Positions 53,993 through 64,000 of a DNA stretch of 64,000 nt are shown piece after piece. Position numbers and translations under genes: made by a program. Under the pieces are notes generated by a model. The model was given only the letters and a program-made list of their open reading frames with translations, was not told where the DNA came from and made no database searches. Source of the DNA: Octopus vulgaris (taxonomy: Eukaryota); assembly GCA_951406725.2 (NCBI GenBank), contig OX597816.1, forward strand, positions 114,638,001 through 114,702,000, in the 5' to 3' direction. How positions within the stretch are numbered: the first letter of the stretch is position 1; every line of letters begins with the position of its first letter.

Positions 53993-54757
53993 ATGTTCAT
54001 ATACACTTACAAAAAAAAAAAAAATGTGGAAAGTCTTTCCCCCGCGGCAACGATTTCAAAAGAAAAAAAAAACCCTTATAGGCAGTGTGTGTGAAAGATT
54101 ATGAACGACATAACTGAAGAGCAGGACACATGTTTCTGCGTCGTTATTTCTCATCAGCTCAGCTGACATATATACGAATCTGTACATGCGCTACCTCCAA
54201 ATATTGCCCTTTTACACACATTCATGCAAAAATTCCCTGTTGATGTTGAAATTTCAATGAAGGAGCCTTAGATCTAGGTTAGAATTCGGCTCTTTCTCTA
54301 TTGGTAAGAGAACTTGAAATAAAACTGAATAATGATATACATACATACACACACAGACGCGAACACACATACACACACAGACACGCGCGCACACACACAC
54401 TGTTATATTTCAGGATGGTCATTTTTTTTGACGAATAAACGCACACACTATATATTCGTTCTTCACTATTCAAGAGAAGATACGTGAGACAGACTTGCTG
54501 AAGAGACCACAAGATGTGTGACGAAAGATTTCCAGACAAAGGATATAAAATAAGAACAATAATAAATCTGAAATGAAGAATGAATAAACAGTGCGTGTGA
54601 TTATTTGGCAAAAGAAATTATCGTCCCGAAATATAATATTATCTGTTTCAACACACGATTTCACATCAGGAATCATGAAAAAAATCATAAAGGTGTGTGT
54701 ATGTGTGTGTATATACACATATATATATACATATACATACATACATACATACATACA

Positions 54758-54793
<36 letters not shown>

Positions 54794-55040
54794 TCTATAT
54801 ATATATATATATATGTATATAGATAGATTATGAGAGGTAATAGTGTCAAGAAGACCCAAAGGTATCAGGTAATGGTGAGTAAGTGCTATAGACAGACTAT
54901 AGTTAAGTTCAAGGTTCGATGATTATGCGAATGAGGAGTCGAACGTCAGTCATATATCAGCATGCGTATATATAAGAAATAAACAGAATGAGATAAAAAT
55001 CCAAGGCTGTGAAAGATTTCAGGACATTTATAAAGAGACG

Positions 55041-55088
55041 GTCTTACAGCTGTTTCCGGGATATTTTACATATCCCTTCATCGGAGAC
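55041..55088 (-). ncRNA. Type I hammerhead fold, CCGAUGA core variant
   Basis: Minus strand: gtct-CCGATGA-a-gggata tgtaaaa tatccc-g-GAAAC-agct-GTA-agac; palindromic ACAGCTGT stem III. Confidence 0.65.
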
Positions 55089-56000
55089 GGTGTGAGAAAA
55101 TGGTTAAGCAATAGTTATTCTAGAGAAGATATGAAATAGAAAGTGAAGTGGAGGAATGAAAACAGACGTGAGATATGCTGGGATATTGTAAAAATACACA
55201 ATAATAACAGGACATTAACAAGGAGGGAAAAATACGTAAACATCTAACGAAAGTCAAGTACGGGACAAAATACCCTAAGAAGTCTAACTCCTCCTTAGTT
55301 GTCGCCTGTTTATTACTCCCTATTTCGAGCTTTCAACGGCATGATAGGAAAACTTCATAAAACAGCAGCATCCAGAAATTTTCAAAATATAAAATTTGTG
55401 GAGAGTTAGGACTTCGAACGAATAAACAGCAACAGAGTGGACGTACAGAGTAAACAATCGACGAAGACAAACATTAAGTGCCGTTAGGTGAGAGAAATGG
55501 CCTGTAATCACGTGTGAGAAAACAGGCAGAGGGGAAGGGGGACAAGAGAGCGGACGAGGGGAAAGAAATAAAGTGAGTGAGGAGAAGGGAGAAAGAACGA
55601 AAGATAGTAAGGAATGGAAGAAAGACAGGGGACAGCAAAGAACGACGAGGAGAAACGGAAAATAAAAAGGATTATAGAGGGATAGAGAGAAAGAAAGAAG
55701 ACAGAGTGTGGAGTCGCAGATATTATAAATAAATGTAAGAACTTACTGTGGACAAAGCTGCGTGGCGTTCGATTATAAATAAATAAAAGATAGCATTAAG
55801 TAATACACACATATACATACAAATATATATACATACATACATACACAAATAGATGAGTGTATTTTTCCTTCTTTCTACAGGCTACTTCTGACGTTATATC
55901 ATATAACCTTTTTTCAAACAATATTAATAGCGTTCAGTAAGCCACAATATATATCCATCATTTTCTGTTAAAACGTCGTATTGAAGAGTTTCATTTCTTC

Positions 56001-56089
56001 ACTTCCCTGAAGAGAAGATTACATTGGTTAACACCATTTTATTCCTTTGGAATAATATCAGTGAAATCTTCGAAACATGTGTCGGAAGT
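56001..56089 (+). ncRNA. Canonical type I hammerhead ribozyme (PLE-type); predicted cleavage after C56083
   Basis: acttcc-CTGAAGA-gaagatt...aatcttc-GAAAC-atgt-GTC-ggaagt; all core nucleotides present, 6-bp stem I, stem II of at least 7 bp. Confidence 0.85.
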
Positions 56090-56136
56090 AAAAGTATTTG
56101 AATTATACCTGCGTTAAACTCCATTTATTTATTTAT

Positions 56137-56184
<48 letters not shown>

Positions 56185-57611
56185 TACGGATGTCTTTCAG
56201 ATTTTGTCTACCTAATACATTCACAAGACATTGGTCGGCCTAGAACGTGCGCAAGCAAACTTCTTACCACACAGCAACTTCTGCGCCTTAAAAATTCATG
56301 TATGTATCAGCACAAGAAAGATACTTCAGTAGCTGTTTTATAAAATGACTATAAATTACAGAATATAAATTTACTTCAACCTACCCCTACCATTCTACCG
56401 TTCTGCCATTACGTTATGCTTTTTCACTCTGATTATTTTTAAACAATAAACATCTATTCCAGAATTCTAATCTTGAATGCAACTAATATTTCTTATGTTT
56501 ATTTTCTGAATTGTTCATTTTATAAGTCCTCGAAGTTCAAGATGGCAAAAATTAAGGTCACAGACTAATATAAAAGAATAAACTAATTATAGAATAGAAA
56601 AATTAAATGGAAAAAATTTAATTCTTTAGAGCATATTCAAGCTCAATTTTTCTTGTGATAAACACTGCTTGAAGAGTCGAACAAATAATGAAGGCGCCGG
56701 AAAAGAAATTAATTTTACAAACTAGAAAACCAATATAATTGTTTACGGCTTTTAGACTCATGGATTTTAGGACCAATGTTGACAGAGAATATAGAACCTG
56801 TTTGAACTCAAAACACGAAAAGTCTAGACCGCCTTGGCTTGCGGCATTTTTATCGATTCGAAACGGATGTAAAGCAAAGTTTATCTCGGTAGGATTTGAA
56901 TTTAGAATGCAGAGGCTTGGAACAAATACTGCAACAACTATGCCAGTTCGCCACCTCTGCAAATCCAACACCTGTAGTCGTATATAGTTGAATAATACCG
57001 ATTTCGTATAAAAAATGGCAACCCCTTTGGGAAGGAGATTACCAGTATGTAGTTTTCCTTGTATTTCTTTTAAAAGTCAACTCTAGTTTGTATTTTTTTT
57101 ACAGTTAACGAAACAACATTTATGTAATGTTATTGTAAGAAATGAATTTTCATCGGTTAATATGTAGTTTTAAGTACAATTCACACAAAGTTGGAACGGG
57201 ATGTAGGAAATGGATGAAAAGGGTTTCGAATTTACAAACTAGTGGAGTGCAGAAGAAAAAAAAAACATTTGTTTGTCTGGGATCATTTTAGGTCACATGT
57301 AGTGAAGAGTATTGTTGATAATAATATACAACCACAAAACATTGGTGGATTGACAAATGTTATGTACCCACTGGATGTTGCAACCATTGGATATAAGTAT
57401 TAATGAGCTATTTAAGAATATAATGAATACGCGGAGGAAATACGGCCGTGTGGACAGGGGAAAAATGCACTCGAAAATGGGCAGTATGCGGGCCGCAGTT
57501 TGTGAATGAATCGTTAATAGTCAAATCATTTAAGAAACATAAATTTATTCTAGAAATTTTGTATGGTTTGGAAAGCAAAGAAGAGGAAATATCTGAGATG
57601 ATTATATTGAT

Positions 57612-57968
57612 AGTGGTTGTGGTAGCAGCGACGGCGGTGGTGGTAGCTGTGGCGACGGTGGTGGCGGTGATGATGATGATGATAATGATAGTGATGATGA
57701 CGATGTCGATGATGTTGATGATGATAAGGAAAAGAAGAAGAAGAAGAAGAAGAAGAAGAAGAAGAAGAAGGAAAACATGATGATGAAGAAGAAGGAGGAG
57801 GAGGAGGAGGAGAAGAAGAAGGAAAACATGATGATGAAGAAGAAGGAGGAGGAGGAGGAGGAGGAGGAGAAGAAGAAGAAGAAGGAAAACATGATGATGA
57901 AGAAGAAGGAGGAGGAGGAGGAGGAGGAGAAGGAGGAGAAGAAGAAGAAGAAGAAGAAGAAGAAGAAG

Positions 57969-58000
<32 letters not shown>

Positions 58001-58019
58001 GAAGAAGAAGAAGAAGGAG
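57612..58019. repeat. Trinucleotide tract with three copies of a higher-order unit GAAAACATGATGATGAAGAAGAAG(GAG)n
   Basis: Direct inspection. Confidence 0.9.
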
Positions 58020-58306
58020 TTGCAGATGATGCGCAGTCTATAATTACAGGCAGTGGTGATGATGAAAGCCCGTATGATGACATGATTCACTCCGATGAAG
58101 GGTTATTCAGTGCTGAATATGATGAACAGTGTGGGTTTCTGTCGTGATTTTATTGAAATTTTGTGTTTGAAACGTTTAAGATTCACAATGTAATTGTTAA
58201 CTTTAAACCATAAACAATTTCTATTCATTTCATTTGTATAAAGCTTACAAATTCATATTCAATTACCATATATATTGTTTTTGCTTTAATATATAAATAT
58301 ACATAT

Positions 58307-58367
<61 letters not shown>

Positions 58368-59181
58368 TATTAATAAATAAAACATATGCATATATATAAA
58401 CATATATGTACGTACCTACCTCTACATGTACATATACACGCATATATGAGTACAGGACACCAAAAAGACGTCGAACACAATGAGAAACGAAAACATAGAC
58501 ACAAACCCAAGGAACTTGACATTTTTTTAAACAACAAAAAAATAGAGTACAGGACAATTAACACAAAGAAAAAAACCCTTCTTCAGTCGGTATGGTTTCA
58601 TCTACTCTACGTTTCGAAGGTGAAAGCGAGACGTATCTTCGACAAGAAACTTTCCTTCCTACGAAAAGCAAATCAATTAAAATTTTGAGATCTCTTCGCA
58701 GAGGGGTAAAAAATGGTAACAAAAACAGGACAGTAACGACAGTACAAATTATAAACAGTAAAAGACAGGACAAGGAAAAACAAGATAAGAAGGGCTGTTA
58801 ACGCCGAACGAAAAAAAGTATTACGAACGCGGATTTTTTTGTGAACGACGAACGGAGCAAAAAGAATTGCTGTCCACACCTCGAGAGGGTTAGGCTAGAA
58901 AGACAGTAGCGGAAGTCTCGTCGCGGGTCAACGACGGGAGGGGGGAGGAGGAGCAAGAGAAAGGGAGAGAAGAAGGGGAATGGTTGTGAGGAAACCATGA
59001 AGAATGAGAGAGGGGGAGAGAGAGAGTGAAGAATGAGAGAGAGGGAGAGACAAGTTAAGTAGAGGAAAAGGAAATCAAAGAATGAAGGCTGAGAAAGGGA
59101 TACATACATACATACATACATACATACATACATACATTACATATATCAATTTACTTCAACCTACGCCTTTAATATAAATTT

Positions 59182-59232
<51 letters not shown>

Positions 59233-59243
59233 TTTCTGCGTTC

Positions 59244-59279
59244 CTTTCTGTGGAAGAGTGTAGGCTGGAAACGTTAAAG
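59244..59279 (+). ncRNA. Degenerate minimal hammerhead in a PLE terminal fragment between (TA)n tracts
   Basis: cttt-CTGTGGA-agagtgtaggctg-GAAAC-GTTA-aag; same design as 19598. Confidence 0.4.
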
Positions 59280-59369
59280 ACTTTTTCACTCCCCGAGCGT
59301 TATACTAGTACATGTGTTTATTGTCAACACCACCTGTCTTCGTCTTTTGTTTTTTTTTTTGTGAATTCT

Positions 59370-59400
<31 letters not shown>

Positions 59401-61443
59401 GCTGTGAGATTTCGATGAAATCAGTTAATCAAGTATGAGGGATTCAAATGAAGCAGCAAGTTTAATGTTCATAAGAGCTAGACGGGGTCATACTTACTTA
59501 GACTGATTTGTAATTTGGTACGAATAAGGGATAGTAATGCATAATTTGGTATAATTATCATAATCTATTGTTTTCCTACCGTTATTCATTTAAATTATTT
59601 ACTTCTGTTAAGGTATTTTGAATCGTGAACTTCAGCCCTTCAAAAATGGTATTCGTGTAATAGTCAATTTTTGAAAAATTTTGCCTTAAAATCTTGTCTG
59701 AAAAATTCAACTTTTACCGCGTGTATAAATAATATGTATATATATATTTGAAAGAAAGGTAAAAACAATGCTAAATTGTTAACCAATTTTCATTAAAAGT
59801 TCTGTTATGAATATGACATCCCCTGAAAGAATAAAAGGTAAGATAATAGAGCGGGGCCAGAAGTTGATAATGATAAAGTTAAAACTTGAATTTACAGACT
59901 CACTAAGACATACAAACCTATTTCCGCCTTCTCTAAACATTTTTGGCTTCTCGTCTACATAGGAAACCAATAATGATTCACTATGCCATACTATAGATAT
60001 GATTATTTATTTTTTTCTCTCTTTCAGATTGTGCATGGTGCATAGAAATTAATTCTTCAAAAAAAAAAAAAAAATCATGAAATTCATAGCTATATTTTAA
60101 GTAGAATTCTCTTGTTTTCTACATCTATAGCTGAAGGTTACGCGCACGTACATATACACGCTGCCGTTATCCGTATTCTTTCGTGTGTGAGTGTGTGCGT
60201 GTGAGGCAAAGAGAGAGAGAGCAAGTGTGTGTGTATGTGTATAAGTATTCCATTTGTTTCCCAAAACCTCTTTTTACTCTCTCTCTTCTCCATACACTAT
60301 CTTCCATATTTTTTTCTGTCTCTTTCCTTAATTTCGTATTTTACTTCTCCAAAACTTTTTCCTCCCTTAGGAATCTTTATATTTCTTCCCAAGATATTTT
60401 AAATGAAATACTATTGAAATCGAATAAGCATTCGAAACTCGCTTTTTTTCTTCTTATTTCTGTAGTGTTTCTGGTTACATAAAGGCTTCATAACTGTTAA
60501 GAAAAGTTAAGTTAAGCAAATATTAGAAGAATTTAATTTAAATGTTCAACGTTCTGATGAAATCAATCAAAAATATCAACTTTGGTTGCAACTAAATAAG
60601 GCAAACTTGTTAATATACTTAGCAAAATATATTGGTTTCAAATTCTGGCACAAGGCCAGCAATTTCAAGGGAGGGGGTAAGTCGATTACATCGACCCCAG
60701 TGCTCAACTATTATATATGTATGTGTGTGTATATGTTTGTGCGTCTGTGTTTGACAGCCGATGCTGGTGTGCTTACGTCCCCGTAACTTAGCGGTTCGGC
60801 ATAACTTAGCGGTTCGGCGTAACTTAGCGGTTTGGTTTTATCAATTCCGAAAGAGTGAAAGGCAATGTCGACCTCTGTGGAATTTGAATTCAGAACGTAA
60901 AGGCGGACGAGATGTCGCTAAGCGTTTCTTCCGGCGTGTTCACGATTCTGCCAGCTCGCCGCCTTACTTAAAGAAATATATTGATTTCTAACACTGGCAG
61001 CTCACAGGTTTTTTTTTTCTTTTTGAGTCGTAGGGGCGCCGTATACTGGATATCTTGGGGAATTTGAACCTGGCATTGTCCCTCTTTACCATATCTGAAC
61101 ACTGCCAATTTCCTTCAGAAAGAAAGAGAAGAATCTACCCATCACTATTTATCGACCTCGAAAGGCAAAGCAAATCTAGGCAGGATTTTAATAAAGAGTA
61201 GAAGCCAAAACGAATACAAGGTATTTGAACAAACCACCCAGGTTATAATCGTCACCGTATTTGACAGCTATCTAGCATTAGATAATTAGTATAGAGGAAA
61301 AAACAAACAAACAATGCGCCATTACTGTATTGTTTTTCAGTTACATGATGACCCGGAATTGTTTTCATTTTGAAGTTTGAAATGCAAACGATTACCATGT
61401 GTATTCCAAATTGGAGCCTCATCTATAAGTATTCTGAAATATT

Positions 61444-61852
61444 CTTTTCTACTCTACGCACAAAGTCCGAAATTTGTGGGGAGGGAGCCAGTCGATTAGA
61501 TAGACCCCAGTACGCAACTGGTACTTAATTTATCGCCGCCGAAAAGATGAAAGGCAAAATCGATCTCGGCGGAATTTGAACTCAGAACGTAGCGGCAGAC
61601 GAAATACCTATTTCTTTACTACCCACAAGGGGCTAAGCACAGAGAGGACAAACAAGGACAGACAAACGGATGAAGTAGTTTATATCGACGCCAGAGCGTA
61701 ACTGGTACGTAATTTATCGACCCTGAAAGGATGAAAGGCAAAGTCGACCTCGGCGGAATTTGAACTCAGAATGTAGCGGCAGACGAAATACGGCTACCCA
61801 TTTCGCTAAGCATTTCGCCCAGCGTGCTAACGTTTCTGCTAGCTCGCCGCCT
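61444..61852 (-). mobile_element. Dimeric SINE family B with an 18-bp TSD
   Basis: taagtattctgaaatatt at 61426-61443 and 61853-61870. Confidence 0.9.
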
Positions 61853-61921
61853 TAAGTATTCTGAAATATTGAACGTACTTACAAGCATGGAATATTTTTC
61901 AGATGATTTTATAATTTAGTT

Positions 61922-62571
61922 CAGTGTTTCTCAACTATTTTATATCTATGGGCCCCTTTGGTTCCTATTTTATCTGGATGGACCTTACCAGTCATTCGGT
62001 GTTTTAAAAAATCCTATTATATTTTTATTATTAAACTAGCAGTATCGCCCGGCGTTGCTCGGGTTTGTAAGGGAAATAACTATATAAGCATTTTTAGAGA
62101 GTTATAGCCAAAAAATAGCAAAAAAATGCATTAAAAATGGAAAAAAAATTATGGTAAATTTTTTTAAATCGTTGACTCATCGTAGACATTTTTAGAGAGT
62201 TACTTCCTTATATAATAGCGAAAAAATGCATTAAAATGGAAAAAAATGATGGTAAATTATTTTTAAAATCGTAGACTCATCGTAGACGCGCGCTAATACC
62301 AAGAAGGGCTCGATATGAATCACGACTATAAGATACCCGGTTTTGGTTAAATTGCACTGCAAAATGTGGGAGTAGTTAGGAATCTAAATCGTAGGAGACA
62401 GACACACAACTTGTCTTTTATATATAAAGATATCATTGGGAATTATATTTAAAAAATTGTTAAAATATTTTGTGTTTTGTATCAGTATAAGCAATTTATT
62501 TTTCATAAATTTTAACAAAAACATTTATATGGACCGCCAAGAGCCATATCGATCCCCGTTGAGGGCCACTA
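61922..62571. mobile_element. hAT-like MITE hosting a Helitron insertion
   Basis: Ends cagtgtttctcaac and gttgagggccacta; imperfect 8-bp flanks atttagtt/atttaagt. Confidence 0.6.
62036..62430 (-). mobile_element. Non-autonomous Helitron
   Basis: Minus strand: A|TCTTTATATATAAAAG...CCCGAGCAACGCCGGG-cgatactg-CTAG|T; no TSD; internal tandem duplication of about 100 bp. Confidence 0.85.
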
Positions 62572-63764
62572 ATTTAAGTTTGTTGATGTATGGGTCGCGT
62601 TTGTGATGGAATTAAATATTATCGTGAGCAAGACGTTAAATTGCATCAGGTAGTGAGGCCCCAGCTCTGAAGTCCAGGTGTTTAGAGGAGTGTGGAATTA
62701 CCCTTTAGTTACCACTGCTCCTAATTCTCTTCTGGTTCAGAGAGGTTGTACCTGTCGAAGGCGTCAGTTATGGGTCAACTATTCATTTTATACATCTCGG
62801 AAGCATGAATGCTGAAGTAGACACAAGCAGGATTTTAACTCAAAACCTAAAAACCCATAACTATATACCACAATTCATTTTGTCCAATTCTCTGTCATGC
62901 TTGCCAGCCATCTCACCATTTTCACATATAACTTTAAGAAAGAGAAGATGGAGAAAGTTCTTATTAGATATTTTAAAAGATCGCGGCTGTCACAGCAACG
63001 TATTTTAACAAATATATAATTATTATAGTCAACAGTTACAAATATCTTCTCTAAATTCAACGAACACCGCTCAAGCATATTGCCTACAGTCAAGAGCACT
63101 AGAAATATTTGTAGGAATTTTAATTAGCACCTGCTCTATTGAAGATAAAATAGGAAATTCATAGGAAATCGCGAACAATAAATGGCATCAGAAAATGGCT
63201 TAACGCTTCAAAAATATTTTTATGTTGTTATAATTTACAATGACTAAGGCGTTTGATCTGTGACCATAAAATTTATATAGATAATTTTATAATAAAAAAA
63301 AGAAGTTATATATATATGAAATTTTATGAAAAAAGTATTATCATTAGAGGACAAGAATCCGGTTACAGACGTTAGGTATGTAATGTATGTATGCATGCAT
63401 GTATGTATGTATGTATGCATGCATGCTTACGGGCACATGTATGAATGAATGGATGGATTGATATGCGTATGTTTTTGCGTGCGCGCACGTGTGTTTATAA
63501 CTTGGCAATTTGATATGATTAGGGGACTATTTAAAGTTGTTATACATTTACGCACGCACAAATACATACATACTTACATATATAGAGATGCGTATACATA
63601 TATACATACATGCATACATATACAGAGATGTGTATACATATATACATACATGCATACATATACATATATATATACATATATACATACATATATATACATA
63701 TATACATACATATATACATACCTATATATACATACATACATACATACATACATACATACATACA

Positions 63765-63843
<79 letters not shown>

Positions 63844-64000
63844 ATGTATCGTATGTTTATGGGTGGCTTGTGATAACAGGATATTGAATCAGAGTACCTG
63901 TGTACCAAAAATTATCTATTTTCAATAAGGAAAACTGCCCAACGTATTAACGTGTATATATAAAGTTGGAAGCTTAATAAAATAAGCAGGGTAGAGTAGG

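Noticed and set aside
54115-54175. Minus-strand CTGATGA...GAAAC-atgt-GTC
   Set aside because: The core is present but stems I and II do not pair; counted only as a degenerate relic.
60000-60200. Isolated strong acceptor (60027) and CpG-containing patch as the start of another gene
   Set aside because: No donor, ORF or other supporting signal was found.

Overview
This is AT-rich, microsatellite-dense eukaryotic (animal) DNA. The SINE families, the TA/TAA/TACA microsatellite load and the Penelope/Dong content suggest an octopod cephalopod; this is inferred from repeat content, not from a search. No intact, recognisable protein-coding gene is present, and nearly all supplied ORFs are microsatellite translations or decayed transposon fragments. 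The window contains (1) many tRNA-head SINEs from several families; (2) decayed Tc1, maT, mariner, pogo, hAT, piggyBac and Helitron elements; (3) five R4/Dong-type LINE fragments, most abutting TAA-rich microsatellites, and an RTE-like RT relic; (4) many Penelope-like (PLE) fragments at (TA)n tracts that carry minimal type I hammerhead ribozyme folds, with one essentially canonical copy at 56001-56089 and a same-strand pair at 13776-14157; (5) a candidate + strand spliced transcript with exon-like islands at about 14.7, 27.9, 28.4, 29.3, 31.2, 34.1, 34.6 and 39.9-40.8 kb. Its 3' end coincides with a switch from CpG-depleted to CpG-retaining DNA near 42-43 kb. Five of the exons join into 197 codons interrupted by a single UAG. 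Several long inverted repeats could form dsRNA. Coordinates of decayed repeats are approximate, and all folds and alignments were done by eye.
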